DNA of 27,462 nucleotides from a virus: UHGV virus genome UHGV-1840938; one strand, 5' to 3'. Shown piece by piece: positions 8,049 to 17,492 of this stretch (position 1 is its first letter; each line of letters starts with the position of its first letter). The notes under the pieces were generated by a model. It saw only the letters and a program-made list of their open reading frames with translations, ran no database searches and was not told where the DNA came from. The position numbers and the translations under genes were made by a program.

Positions 8049-8861
8049 TCACTCTCCTTTGATGCGAATGCCTGCGGCGCGGATTGCAGCGATGACTTCA
8101 GAAACTTTGTATGCCATTACCGTTTGGTAATCATCGTGAAAATCTGTTCGATGAAGCATGCTGCTACGTTCCGGGAGCGATATTTCCCGAGCATCCAGTT
8201 CCTTAACGCGTTCCTCCAGTTCGTAGACCCTGCATTGTTCTCTATCATCAATCAGATATAACCCAAGACATTCGCTTTCTACCCAACCGCCAAAATCATG
8301 ATCGTAACGCTCACATGAAAACTCACCGTCACCGTCCTTTGTTGGAATGGTGTAACTATCTAATGGGCCACCATATGTCGGCACATTTCCCAATGTTGGA
8401 TGCTCAATCCACATGAAAAATGCACGTCCGGTTATTGGGCAAATATCTGGCCGCCATTGGTTACGAACAGCCTTGGTTTCGGATAATTCTTCAGCGTGTT
8501 GTTTTACTTCCTCAAGCTCAACTCTCAGCTTCCCAACCGTAAGCGCAATATCCTCGTTCTCCTGGTCGCGGCGTTTGATGTATTGCTGGTTTCTTTCCCG
8601 TTCATCCAGTAGCGCCAGTACGGTAGCTGGGTTAGCATCTGCTATAAATTCAGCGTTTGCATAAGCCTGAGCATCTGATTCAATCAGGCAGTTAACATGA
8701 CATTCCGCAATCACGCCACCGGGTTCTCCTTTCCATTTTTGACAAACAAAAACTCCTGTTAAATTGCCGTGCTGGTTAACAGATGTATGCCCTACGATGT
8801 AGCTTCCTTTAGTTGCTTTCTCTGCCTTTTCACGCAGTTCCTGATAGTTAATTTCGCTCAC
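8049..8861 (-). CDS. Ead/Ea22-like family protein
   Basis: N-terminus MSEINYQELREKAEKA and ADANPATVLALLDERE are characteristic of lambdoid Ea22-like proteins. Confidence 0.75.
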   Translation of the reverse strand: MSEINYQELREKAEKATKGSYIVGHTSVNQHGNLTGVFVCQKWKGEPGGVIAECHVNCLIESDAQAYANAEFIADANPATVLALLDERERNQQYIKRRDQENEDIALTVGKLRVELEEVKQHAEELSETKAVRNQWRPDICPITGRAFFMWIEHPTLGNVPTYGGPLDSYTIPTKDGDGEFSCERYDHDFGGWVESECLGLYLIDDREQCRVYELEERVKELDAREISLPERSSMLHRTDFHDDYQTVMAYKVSEVIAAIRAAGIRIKGE

Positions 8862-9079
8862 TTCGAACCTCTCTGTTTACTGATAAGCTCCAGATCCTCC
8901 TGGCAACTTGCACAAGTCCGACAACCCTGAACGGCCAGGCGTCTTCGCTCATCTATGGGATCGCCACACTCACAACAATGAGTGGCAGATATAGCCTGGT
9001 GGTTCAGGCGGCGCATTTTTATTGCTGTGTTGCGCTGTAATTCTTCAATTTCTGATGCTGAATCAATGAGGTCTGCCAT
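8858..9079 (-). CDS. TraR/DksA-family C4 zinc-finger protein
   Basis: 73 aa with CCECGDPIDERRR...CRTCASCQ four-cysteine motif; overlaps the downstream gene start. Confidence 0.8.
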   Translation of the reverse strand: MADLIDSASEIEELQRNTAIKMRRLNHQAISATHCCECGDPIDERRRLAVQGCRTCASCQEDLELISKQRGSK

Positions 9080-9177
9080 CTTCCATTAATCCCTGAATTG
9101 TTGGTTAATACGCTTGAGGGTGAATGCGAATAATAAAAAAGGAGCCTGTAGCTCCCTGATGATTTTGCTTTTCATGT

Positions 9178-9393
9178 TCACCGTTCCTTAAAGACGCCGT
9201 TTAACATACCGATTGCCAGACTTAAGTGAGTCGGTGTGAATCCCATCAGCGTTACCGTTTCGCGGTGCTTCTTCAGTACACTACGGCAAATGTCATCGAC
9301 GTTTTTATCCGGAAACTGCTGTCTGGCTTTTTTGATTTCAGAATTAGCCTGACGGGCAATGCTGCGAAGGGCGTTATTATGTTCTATTGTCAT
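9178..9393 (-). CDS. Hypothetical small phage protein (starts MTIEHNNALRSIARQ)
   Basis: Internal ATG at 9393 with GAGG upstream, 7 nt after the stop of the upstream gene. Confidence 0.5.
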   Translation of the reverse strand: MTIEHNNALRSIARQANSEIKKARQQFPDKNVDDICRSVLKKHRETVTLMGFTPTHLSLAIGMLNGVFKER

Positions 9394-9400
9394 ATTGGCC

Positions 9401-10153
9401 TCACACTTCGAATGCCAGTTGAGGGGTAAAGACGTCCCGTTCAGCGTTGTAATTAAGTGAACTGGCACTGTTGAATGATTCAATGCGTTCCACAAGAACT
9501 TGCGTACGGGTTTCTTTACTTGCGGGAGCATATGGCGAACCTACCCAGGATTTGTCGATGCCTATATTTCTTGCGACGTTCGTGCTGTCTGCAGACGAAA
9601 GCGGTACATGAGTAAAAATGTCTTTATTTAACATCCGTAACCCATGAATCTTGGTGATTGGGTAGCCGTACTGATCTACAACATGACGTATAAGATCGCG
9701 TAGTTTAGCCCGACACGCTCTCGGTCGTTTTGCATCGTATTCCCCCATCGAGCCGATGCAGACGCGGGGAAACTCATGGCACAGACGAATAAATCGCTCA
9801 TCTGGTTCGTTCATGTGCCACACCGGAGCACCAATAAATTTACCGTGAGGCCATGCCGCAATCAGGGCGTCATTCTCTTCACTGGTTCCGCCGATAACAT
9901 CCGGGATAACCGCGAATGAGAAACGAGGGTGATTACCCCAGCGTTCAACAAATCTGTAATATTCATTCCAGTCTATGGCCTTGTTTTTTGTCCAGAATGT
10001 GAATGCACCATTATCAAGAGCAAATGATTGGGTGACTTCGGAAGCCAGATCAATCTGAGCTGGATTAGCAAAACTGATGAATGCGTGTCTGCCTTTCCAG
10101 GCTTTCAACGCACAGGTATCGGGAGTTATTGGACCACCGTGAAAATGAATCAT
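9401..10153 (-). CDS. Conserved hypothetical phage protein (250 aa); possible TGT/DpdA-like TIM-barrel, unconfirmed
   Basis: Long ORF in operon context; weak resemblance of HFHGGP and FAVIPDVIGG to tRNA-guanine transglycosylase-type motifs. Confidence 0.6.
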   Translation of the reverse strand: MIHFHGGPITPDTCALKAWKGRHAFISFANPAQIDLASEVTQSFALDNGAFTFWTKNKAIDWNEYYRFVERWGNHPRFSFAVIPDVIGGTSEENDALIAAWPHGKFIGAPVWHMNEPDERFIRLCHEFPRVCIGSMGEYDAKRPRACRAKLRDLIRHVVDQYGYPITKIHGLRMLNKDIFTHVPLSSADSTNVARNIGIDKSWVGSPYAPASKETRTQVLVERIESFNSASSLNYNAERDVFTPQLAFEV

Positions 10154-10304
10154 ACACTCTCCCGTTTATTATTTATCTCCTCAGCCAGCCGCTGTGCTTT
10201 CAGCGGATTTCGGATAACAGAAAGGCCGGGAAATACCCAGCCTCGCTTTGTAACGGAGTAGACGAAAGTGATCGCGCCTACCCGGATATTATCGTGAGGA
10301 TGCT

Positions 10305-10985
10305 TCATTGCCATTGCTCCCCATATACAAAACCAATTTCAGCCAGTGCCTCGTCCATTTTTTCGATGAACTCCGGCACCATCTCGTCAAAATTCGCCAT
10401 GTACTTTTCATCCCGCTCGACCACGACATAATGCAGGCCTTCACGCTTCATACGTGGGTCGTAGTTGGCGAAGTACCAGGCGTCCTTGTCTGTAACCCAC
10501 ATGCTGAATTGCACCTGGGCCATGTAAGCAGGCTTGATAGCGTCAAAGCCGCCAAGCCGGAATTTCATGAAGTCGCGGGAAGTAAAAGGGCATTTAAGCT
10601 CAAGACCGTTACCGTCACTGCATAAACCATCGGGAGAGCAGGCGGTGCGCATGCTTTCGTCACGAAAAATTATTGGCGTTTCCGAGACGGTAACATCCGC
10701 GATAAATTCGAAGAGGGCACGGGCATCATCTTCGTATTGCTTTCCCCATGCGAGCGACTTAGCGTTAACTTCCGGTGCCACGCCAGTACAAACTTCAGCC
10801 AGCAGGGTGTGGAAGTATGACATTTTTGTATCAGGCCATTTGCTGCCTGAACGTGGTTTGGCTATGACGTTGTGAACTTCTGAAGCAGTGATAACACCGA
10901 GTCTCAGCTTGTGCCATCCATCATCGCCCTGGTCGAGGCTGGTAATATCCACGCCAGTTCGCTGGAGAATAATTTCTGGTGTCAT
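10305..10985 (-). CDS. YqaJ-like viral recombinase-domain exonuclease (lambda Exo-type PD-(D/E)xK)
   Basis: [11 protein letters not shown] motif and overall pattern; translationally coupled (ATGA) to recT upstream. Confidence 0.85.
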   Translation of the reverse strand: MTPEIILQRTGVDITSLDQGDDGWHKLRLGVITASEVHNVIAKPRSGSKWPDTKMSYFHTLLAEVCTGVAPEVNAKSLAWGKQYEDDARALFEFIADVTVSETPIIFRDESMRTACSPDGLCSDGNGLELKCPFTSRDFMKFRLGGFDAIKPAYMAQVQFSMWVTDKDAWYFANYDPRMKREGLHYVVVERDEKYMANFDEMVPEFIEKMDEALAEIGFVYGEQWQ

Positions 10986-11932
10986 GACACGGCCTCGCTG
11001 TTATTTTCCGTGGTGGCGTGAACTTTCGCTTCCGCCGTGGCCTTGTTTCTGGCAGCTTTCTTTTTGACAAAATCCAGCGTTTTGACGGCTTCTTCCTGCG
11101 TGAGATCTTCATGTGATGCAATCGTGCGACGGAATGTTTTGGAACATACGGGGAGAAGGTCATCCCATTTCTTGTTGATTTCGGTGATTGCCTGAGTGAT
11201 CTCATTGATAATCTCATCTGATGCGGGAGTGACGTCGCGCTCAGGGATGTGATCAGCATTCAGGATAATACCTTCACCGGCCTGAGTGTTCAGGTAGTCG
11301 ATAGCTGTATCCAGGCGATCGCGACGGGGCCAGTATTTGCTGGCGCGTTTAACAATGGCTTTGCGGGCCATTTCATCGGGGAAACTATCCCACGGGCTAC
11401 TTCCTCCGTTATTTCCGGCTTTGCTGCACGCCCTGATGACCTCGATTTCCCTGTTGCTCATCTCTTCGGTCAGATAGTCGCCTTCGGATGTTTTTACGAC
11501 ACAATAACCGCCAATGCGTGCGCCCCTGTCTACGAATGGGTTGTATTTGTGCGTGGGGGCGCAGTCAATACCGTTGGACTCGTAAATGTCCTTCTCGTAA
11601 ACAAGTTTGCATTGCCCCCACTGAATGGCTCCTGTGACCTGTGCCAGATGCAGAAGCCCCATATAACTGATATCCAGGCATACAGCCTTTTTTCGTGGGA
11701 CCAGATACGCCAGCTTGCTGGCCGGGTTCAGGGTTATGCCGATGGCGGCAACATTGATGATAGCGTTCTGTGCGCTGGGCAGATTTGCCCGTGCTGTGTC
11801 AGCCAGAAAGGCATTTTTCTGGAATTGCTGAATTGCAAACTGACTTTCCTTCGCCCATGTCAGCGTCGGTTCAGTTAATGCCTCGCAGAAAAAGCGCTCC
11901 TGCTGCTTAACAAATTCAACGATATCGAACAT
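10982..11932 (-). CDS. recT: RecT-family single-strand annealing recombinase; start chosen at ATG 11932
   Basis: [24 protein letters not shown] and following region match RecT family; paired with the exonuclease. Confidence 0.9.
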   Translation of the reverse strand: MFDIVEFVKQQERFFCEALTEPTLTWAKESQFAIQQFQKNAFLADTARANLPSAQNAIINVAAIGITLNPASKLAYLVPRKKAVCLDISYMGLLHLAQVTGAIQWGQCKLVYEKDIYESNGIDCAPTHKYNPFVDRGARIGGYCVVKTSEGDYLTEEMSNREIEVIRACSKAGNNGGSSPWDSFPDEMARKAIVKRASKYWPRRDRLDTAIDYLNTQAGEGIILNADHIPERDVTPASDEIINEITQAITEINKKWDDLLPVCSKTFRRTIASHEDLTQEEAVKTLDFVKKKAARNKATAEAKVHATTENNSEAVS

Positions 11933-11948
11933 TTTTTGGTCCTGAAAA

Positions 11949-12230
11949 TCAGAAAGGACAGGGGGAGAATTTTCTCTCCCATTCTTCTTCCGCCCGAGCA
12001 TAGGCGATCGCTGAGATATAATCGTTGTACGCCTCTTCAGCTTTTTCGCCAGTGAGTGCCAGTTGGGCTTCTTTGGGTAAAAAAAGGCTGCTCATAAGCA
12101 ATGGTTTATCGGGGAACATGCTGATAAGCTCCTGCGCCCGATCATCAATCCATTTATCCTTTTCATCCTGAATTTGCTGATTAATCCAGCGACGCTCCTC
12201 TATGCGGTCGCAGGTGAGGTATGCGTTCAT
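11949..12230 (-). CDS. Hypothetical protein
   Basis: 93-aa ORF in operon immediately upstream of recT. Confidence 0.5.
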   Translation of the reverse strand: MNAYLTCDRIEERRWINQQIQDEKDKWIDDRAQELISMFPDKPLLMSSLFLPKEAQLALTGEKAEEAYNDYISAIAYARAEEEWERKFSPCPF

Positions 12231-12250
12231 GGCGGAACTCCTGATTCCGG

Positions 12251-12532
12251 TTAATGCATTAAATTAATTTGTCGGGAAAGCTGACATACAGGGCAGTTAC
12301 ATTCTTCCTCCTGCTCCTTAGCGAAGAAATATGCAGCGGCCTGTAATGCGATGTCTTCTGGATGTTCTGCGATAAACATAACATTGCCTTCCGTATCAAT
12401 AACAGAAATAGCCTCATCAGACAGGACGACAAAATAGGCGATGATTTTATCATCCATAAAAACTTCTCCCATTATCGTTCCTGCTGGAGTTACGACGCTT
12501 TTTACATTGATATTTATTTTTTGATTGAGCAT
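12251..12532 (-). CDS. Hypothetical protein
   Basis: 93-aa ORF in the same operon orientation; contains CNCPVC. Confidence 0.45.
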   Translation of the reverse strand: MLNQKININVKSVVTPAGTIMGEVFMDDKIIAYFVVLSDEAISVIDTEGNVMFIAEHPEDIALQAAAYFFAKEQEEECNCPVCQLSRQINLMH

Positions 12533-12543
12533 GATATTTCCTT

Positions 12544-12756
12544 TCAGGCTGGTGAGATTAACGGTTGGCCTTTATTGTTCAGGTAAATTTCTATTGCATC
12601 TGATATAATGCGAATTTTTTCAATCAGTGAATGAGCGTAAAGTGCATTATTAACGTTCGCTGACGCCATGTAATAACGCCCGTTGTAAAGAATTGCTGTG
12701 CCGGGTTTAACGTCCTCGCGAGAAACTAATGCGGTTCCGTAGTGAGGTTTGAGCAT
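12544..12756 (-). CDS. Hypothetical protein
   Basis: 70-aa ORF, operon context. Confidence 0.45.
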   Translation of the reverse strand: MLKPHYGTALVSREDVKPGTAILYNGRYYMASANVNNALYAHSLIEKIRIISDAIEIYLNNKGQPLISPA

Positions 12757-12826
12757 GACAAATCCTCCGGTTAATTAATCCAGATATTTAATTTAATCCC
12801 CGATATGTGGTCGGGGATGGGGTTAA

Positions 12827-13116
12827 TTAAAGATTAACGTTGAAACCAAAGCGGGAAGACTTTTCCGATGTGCGGGAAATATCCAGCAATTTACGGCGCA
12901 TTTCTTCCGTCAGATGTTTGAAGGCGTTAAATTCAGCGACAGCTGCGTCGACGTTATAGCCCTTGCTGTGTAGCTCGTTGAGGATGCGCATAGTTGGGCT
13001 TGGCATATCGAAGAGCACGGAAGCATCAAGGCTGATAACCTTGCGATCAACATAGTTCATCGTGGCATAGGGGTGATGCTCTGAAAACCACGACAAAGGG
13101 AAATTGATATTCATCG
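12827..13116. repeat. Direct repeat copy B (partner of 3466..3755)
   Basis: See copy A; same orientation, about 9.3 kb apart. Confidence 0.85.
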
Positions 13117-13474
13117 CAGGAGAAGACAGGGCCAGTTGTTTCTGTTCCCATAGTTGTTTTTCCATGCGATCGAATTCAGCAATGTAGGCTTCCTTGAATG
13201 CAGCTGCTTTTTTGCCGGTGAAGCCCATCACCAGAAAAACGAAGCCGTTTTTGGTGATTTGGTACATTGGGAGTTTGCGCCCGGTTGAGTCGGTGTATTT
13301 ACTCGACACAAAATTGTGTTCAGTAAATTCAATCGAACATTCCAGATTGCGAACTTTATCAATTACACGTTCGTGTCGTTTGTCAAAGAAATTTGCAATA
13401 GCAACAGATGTTGTGACGGCACGACCATTCTGAATGGTGATTTCAGGTTGAGAAAGGGCAGGGATAGTAGCCAT
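12827..13474 (-). CDS. Rha-family phage regulatory protein with a C-terminal domain shared with the 3466..4173 gene
   Basis: N-terminus RAVTTSVAIANFFDKRHERVIDKVRNL...GFVFLVMGFTGKKAAAFKEAYIAEFDRME matches Rha; strong AGGAGG before ATG 13474; ORF-track start 13612 is probably too long. Confidence 0.8.
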   Translation of the reverse strand: MATIPALSQPEITIQNGRAVTTSVAIANFFDKRHERVIDKVRNLECSIEFTEHNFVSSKYTDSTGRKLPMYQITKNGFVFLVMGFTGKKAAAFKEAYIAEFDRMEKQLWEQKQLALSSPAMNINFPLSWFSEHHPYATMNYVDRKVISLDASVLFDMPSPTMRILNELHSKGYNVDAAVAEFNAFKHLTEEMRRKLLDISRTSEKSSRFGFNVNL

Positions 13475-13637
13475 AATGGCAGCCTCCTTGATTGGTGATT
13501 GAGAACCACCGCAGGAGGTCCTAAGCTCGCTGGCGGTGGACTGTACAGGGTTAGGACTACTGGCAATCAAGGGAACCAGCCCGACCGAAGTCGGCCCCAT
13601 ACAGCCCACCATTGATAAGATGTGCGTGTATGTCGAT

Positions 13638-13661
13638 ACAAAAAAAGACGCTGGCGCGTCT
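13638..13661 (-). terminator. Candidate intrinsic terminator in the ORF-poor region
   Basis: Stem AGACGC/GCGTCT with loop TGGC; on the minus strand followed by TTTTTTGT. Confidence 0.4.
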
Positions 13662-14402
13662 GTATCGCCTCGATTGTCAGCGGGGTCCTAATCCCGACAC
13701 CCGTTTTATGAGGTGCTCGCCCAATATAGCCCCGACATCACACGCAGTCAATACCGTCCTTTCTCGGAAATGCTTTGGCGATGTGGCAGGTGGGAGACCC
13801 ATTTCGACCCGATTCGGCCTACTTATCTTCAGCAATAGTCCCTCGGGCCTCGCCGCTTTACGTGCGACATATTCCCGTCCATGAACCCTTCACCACACCC
13901 CAAAACATTCCCTGTATTGGTCAGCGCCAACTTCCTGCCAGTGTTGCCCGTTCTCACGCCGTTCTCGCTCTCGCGCGGGGATACTCTCTCATCGACCGGA
14001 TCGCACCCGATGATACAGCACGTTTACGTGTAGGGGTCTAAACAGGTCATTGACGCTGTAAAGCTCCAGATTGTTAAAGAGCATTTTGCGGCGGGTTAAG
14101 TCGCGCCGTACGACTGATTTATGTAGCCCTGTGTAAGGGCGCGATGTTTCTGGCTTGAAATAAATATAACTTGCGGTGATTTTTGTGTAAATACCGTTGG
14201 TGGTTATTGGGGTCAAAAAAATATTACTTAACTGATTTTTAAAGTGATTTATTTTTCAAGGGGGCGGTTAGCGGAGTGCGGTCAAAGAAAAGCCGGCGCG
14301 GGCCGGTTACTCTGTGTGAGATTTGGCGTGAGGGAAAAGCCCCCGGATAACACCAGGAAAAGCAGCGAACAGTCAAAGAGAACCCAGCGGGCTTGGTGGC
14401 TT

Positions 14403-14431
14403 TTGACAAAAACACTGCCTGTAACTATAAT
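14403..14431 (+). promoter_or_regulatory. Consensus sigma70-type promoter upstream of hicA
   Basis: TTGACA at 14403..14408, 17-bp spacer, TATAAT at 14426..14431; about 30 bp upstream of the hicA start. Confidence 0.55.
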
Positions 14432-14460
14432 TAGTTGCAATGTAGCGAAGATGAGATTAT

Positions 14461-14715
14461 GTGGGTATGGGGAAAGCAGATAAGCTACTGGAAAAGTTTT
14501 TAAACAGTAAAAAAACGTTTGAATGGGATGAGCTGGTCGTTTTGTTTTCCTCTCTGGGAGATGTCAAAAAGGAAATGCAGGGCTCAAGAGTGCGGTTTTT
14601 CAATGCTGAAATCAACCACACCATATTAATGCATCGCCCACATCCAGAAAGTTATATTAAAGGTGGAACGCTGAAAGCGATTAAACAGAATCTGAAAGAG
14701 GCTGGGGTATTATGA
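14461..14715 (+). CDS. hicA: HicA-family type II toxin (mRNA interferase); GTG start, alternative ATG at 14467
   Basis: C-terminal HRPHPESYIKGGTLKAIKQNLKEAGVL matches the HicA signature; toxin-first gene order with overlapping downstream antitoxin. Confidence 0.7.
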   Translation: MGMGKADKLLEKFLNSKKTFEWDELVVLFSSLGDVKKEMQGSRVRFFNAEINHTILMHRPHPESYIKGGTLKAIKQNLKEAGVL

Positions 14716-15056
14716 AGCATCTAAAATATAAAGGGTATTTAGGTACAGTAGAACCAGATTTTGAAAATAATATCCTGTACGGAAAACTGGCGTTTATTCG
14801 AGACCTGGTAACTTATGAGGCTTCTACATTAGCTGAACTGGAACAGGAGTTTAAGACATCGGTTGAGCTGTATTTACAGTCTTGTGTGGAGGATGGAAAG
14901 GAGCCTGATACCCCGTTTAAAGGTGTGTTTAACGTCAGGCTTGATCCAGAACTGCATCGTCGGGTAGCAGAAATGGCGATGGAAGAAGATTTATCACTGA
15001 ACGCCTTTGTTAATAAGGCGCTGGAAAAAGAAGTCAACCATCACACAGGGGCTTAA
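14712..15056 (+). CDS. hicB: HicB-family antitoxin with C-terminal RHH DNA-binding domain
   Basis: N-terminus MKHLKYKGYLGTVEPDFE and C-terminal FNVRLDPELHRRVAEMAMEEDLSLNAFVNKALEKEV; overlaps hicA stop by 4 nt. Confidence 0.8.
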   Translation: MKHLKYKGYLGTVEPDFENNILYGKLAFIRDLVTYEASTLAELEQEFKTSVELYLQSCVEDGKEPDTPFKGVFNVRLDPELHRRVAEMAMEEDLSLNAFVNKALEKEVNHHTGA

Positions 15057-15145
15057 TGTTCCCTTCGTCTTTGACATCCTCACCGCCACGAAGAATGGGG
15101 AATTTACGGCGCACTGGTAAATGGTGGGGCGAGCAGGAGGCAAAC

Positions 15146-15175
15146 AAAACCCGGCACCAAGGCCGGGTTTTGTTA
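15146..15175. terminator. Bidirectional rho-independent terminator
   Basis: Perfect 10-bp stem AAAACCCGGC/GCCGGGTTTT with loop ACCAAG; A tract on one side and T tract on the other. Confidence 0.6.
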
Positions 15176-15343
15176 TTGGTGCATTTGGCAGGTTGTAATA
15201 TCTGGTCCATAAGCCAAAGTAAAAACAGGCTTGTTGATCAAGCCCCTGTTCTTTAATGATTGAATCATTTTTCCTTGCTCGCTAACTTTTTGCTTGCTAA
15301 GTATTTCTTCCACTTGTTGTGTCAGGGATTTGTCTTTGTTCAT

Positions 15344-16246
15344 TTATGACTCACTTTGTTCTGGAAAAGGGAAAGAAGACAGAACAAGAACCTGTCGATT
15401 TGTTTTATACATGTATTCATTAATGACGTTATGTATATTTTTTAACGCCATGCTAAAATCTTTATCGTATGTAAAGTCTTCTACTTTTATCCTTAAGTCA
15501 TTGATAAGAGTGTTTATTCCTATCGTTCTTCCGTGAGAATGCCACTTTCCGTTGTCACTAAGAGCGGTAGCGATCATTTTAGCCCTCGCTTCCTTTTCCC
15601 TCTTGGTAACTAGCTTTCCTCGTTTTGTGTTACCCTGATGAACTGTCCACTCTCTAAATTTATACTCCACAAGCCATTTCTTAAGCAAGTCTATTGATAG
15701 TTCTCTGGCTTGCTCATATCTCCGCAAGTGCGCCAGATCTAACTGACTAAGCATCATCAGTTCAGCTTGGGTAATGGTTCCTTCTCTGGATTTATTAATC
15801 ATTTCTTCAACTTTATCAAGGTATCCCAAAGCGGGAACCCATTTACCGTCCGACGATTGCACTTGAGGATCAATAGGTCCTAATGAAGAAGCATAGTCCA
15901 TGTAAATTTTATCTCCAGACATGCACCATATTGTACCTGCCGACATAGCCATGTCTGGAATGATAAAATATACCTCTTGGTAGAAATGCCTTGTAATTTC
16001 TACCATTTTTTCTACAGACTCAACAGAACCACCGTTTGTATTGAGTATAATAACAAGAAATTTATTGGTACGACTGTTAGCCATCTCACCAATAGCTTCA
16101 AGTTTTGGCTGGTAAACTTCTTTTGACCATGGAAAGATGCCACCGTAGTACGCAATGACGTCACAGTTTGGGAAAAATTTATCCTTAAATTGCTCTAACT
16201 GCCAAGAGATGTATGTTTCTAGTGTTGAATCAAGATTTTGGCTCAT
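15344..16246 (-). CDS. ClpP-fold serine peptidase (SDH/S49 SppA-like), AT-rich cargo gene
   Basis: NTNGGSVESVEK and active-site-like PDMAMSAGT resemble ClpP/SppA-fold motifs; start chosen at ATG 16246 (ORF track uses TTG 16255); GC visibly lower than neighbours. Confidence 0.7.
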   Translation of the reverse strand: MSQNLDSTLETYISWQLEQFKDKFFPNCDVIAYYGGIFPWSKEVYQPKLEAIGEMANSRTNKFLVIILNTNGGSVESVEKMVEITRHFYQEVYFIIPDMAMSAGTIWCMSGDKIYMDYASSLGPIDPQVQSSDGKWVPALGYLDKVEEMINKSREGTITQAELMMLSQLDLAHLRRYEQARELSIDLLKKWLVEYKFREWTVHQGNTKRGKLVTKREKEARAKMIATALSDNGKWHSHGRTIGINTLINDLRIKVEDFTYDKDFSMALKNIHNVINEYMYKTNRQVLVLSSFPFPEQSES

Positions 16247-16401
16247 TTGATACAATACCTTGTTATATTAACAATTTACTATAAGATGTTGCACCATAGT
16301 TTTCGTTAATCACAACTAAAATCACCCAAACATCACCCAAACGTCTCTTCAGGTTACTAGTTAACAACAGGCCAAAAATTCTGTCTGAACGTATTGAAAT
16401 A

Positions 16402-16427
16402 AAGGCCGGGAAAGCGGCCTTGTTTTT
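16402..16427 (-). terminator. Intrinsic terminator after the small secreted-protein gene
   Basis: Stem AAGGCCG/CGGCCTT with loop GGAAAG and T-rich flanks on both strands; directly after the stop at 16426. Confidence 0.5.
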
Positions 16428-16587
16428 AGCGAATACCACCACCGCCAGGACGAGAATCAGCAGAACGACCACCACAACGAGAGCCGTCAGCAGCGGTATC
16501 ATTGTCGTGTTGGCAACGACCAGCGAATGATTGAGTCGAAGCTACCAGTGACAACAAAACGAACAATACAGCAAATGATTTTTTCAT
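16426..16587 (-). CDS. Small secreted protein (53 aa, signal peptide MKKSFAVLFVLLSLVASTQSFA)
   Basis: Textbook signal peptide with AxA-like cleavage site; followed by a terminator; lies between cI and the protease gene. Confidence 0.4.
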   Translation of the reverse strand: MKKSFAVLFVLLSLVASTQSFAGRCQHDNDTAADGSRCGGRSADSRPGGGGIR

Positions 16588-16683
16588 GTAAGACTCTATA
16601 GGTTGTGGGCAACTCAGATAATAATGCCAGAAAATCGCTTCCCAAGCATCTCCCGGCAAGGTTATTAATATCGCTCTGTGAGC

Positions 16684-17397
16684 TCAATCAAAAGTATCAT
16701 CATTCCACTGCGATTTGATGACCTTTCCGACAAACTGGCAGTTTTCGTTACACTCAATCATGTCGAATCGTGGGTTGAGCGGCTCCAGGTACGCTTTACC
16801 GCTCTCACGAATGAATCGTTTGAAGGTAAATTCATCGCCGTTCATTCGGGCCACGCAAAAATCGCCATCCTCGATTTCCCGTTCAGGGTCAACGAGTATC
16901 AGCATACCTTCAGGGAAGCTGGGTTTACCACCCTGCGGTGCGGTCATTGAATGCCCCTTGACCTCCAGCCAGAACGACCTGTCACTGGCTTTTGTGGTGG
17001 TGGAGATCCATTTAATCGCATCTTTTGCGGTGTACGAAATATCATCCATTGAGAATGCGCCAGCTTGTACGCAGGAGAGTAACGGATATTCGTAAGCGGG
17101 GACACGAGTTAATGGCTCTTCAATTGCGAGCGCCATTTCTGCAATAGATTTTGCCAGGCTGGGACTGAAATCTCCGACCTTTACATTCAGTATCTTAGCA
17201 AGCTGTGCTGCGTGGCTGGCATTTATGGCGTTGATGCCAGCCATTAGCTGATTAACAGCGCTTTGGGTAACACCTAATTCATAGGCTAATGATTCCTGCG
17301 ACAGGCCTAACTCTTTCTTTTTAGCGTTAAAAATACTTTTCAGACGCTTGGCGTCTTCCAGTTGCTCAGGGGTTAACGGTTTCTTTTTCATGTTCAT
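16684..17397 (-). CDS. cI: Lambda CI-like repressor (HTH-XRE N-terminus, S24 LexA-like autopeptidase C-terminus)
   Basis: [23 protein letters not shown]; catalytic-like GHSM serine and FKRF lysine; divergent from cro. Confidence 0.9.
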   Translation of the reverse strand: MNMKKKPLTPEQLEDAKRLKSIFNAKKKELGLSQESLAYELGVTQSAVNQLMAGINAINASHAAQLAKILNVKVGDFSPSLAKSIAEMALAIEEPLTRVPAYEYPLLSCVQAGAFSMDDISYTAKDAIKWISTTTKASDRSFWLEVKGHSMTAPQGGKPSFPEGMLILVDPEREIEDGDFCVARMNGDEFTFKRFIRESGKAYLEPLNPRFDMIECNENCQFVGKVIKSQWNDDTFD

Positions 17398-17492
17398 ACC
17401 ATATCACCTTTGGTTATATGTAATGAAATATCTGCGGTGTTGACATTTTAATAACTGTGCGTAATGATATGGGCATTTTGAAGGAGTCAGTT
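17398..17492. promoter_or_regulatory. Immunity-region operator/promoter interval (PR/PRM-like) between cI and cro
   Basis: TTGACA at 17440..17445; imperfect 19-bp palindrome ATATCACCtttGGTTATAT at 17401..17419; AAGGAG RBS for cro at 17481..17486. Confidence 0.5.

Noticed and set aside
11249-11878. 209-aa plus-strand ORF
   Set aside because: Entirely antisense to the recT gene, whose protein has clear family motifs; shadow ORF.
12757-12826. Hairpin CCCCGA-tatgtgg-TCGGGG between two minus-strand genes, considered as a terminator
   Set aside because: No U-rich tract follows it on either strand; possibly an RNA structure but not supportable as an intrinsic terminator.
13612-14216. Several 75-90-aa ORFs on both strands in the ORF-poor region
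   Set aside because: Mutually overlapping, no ribosome-binding sites, translations rich in Arg/Pro/Ser with no recognisable motifs; treated as non-coding or decayed sequence.
16263-16502. 79-aa minus-strand ORF with a very hydrophobic N-terminus
   Set aside because: Reads through the terminator hairpin at 16402..16421 and overlaps the more plausible signal-peptide ORF (16426..16587) in another frame.
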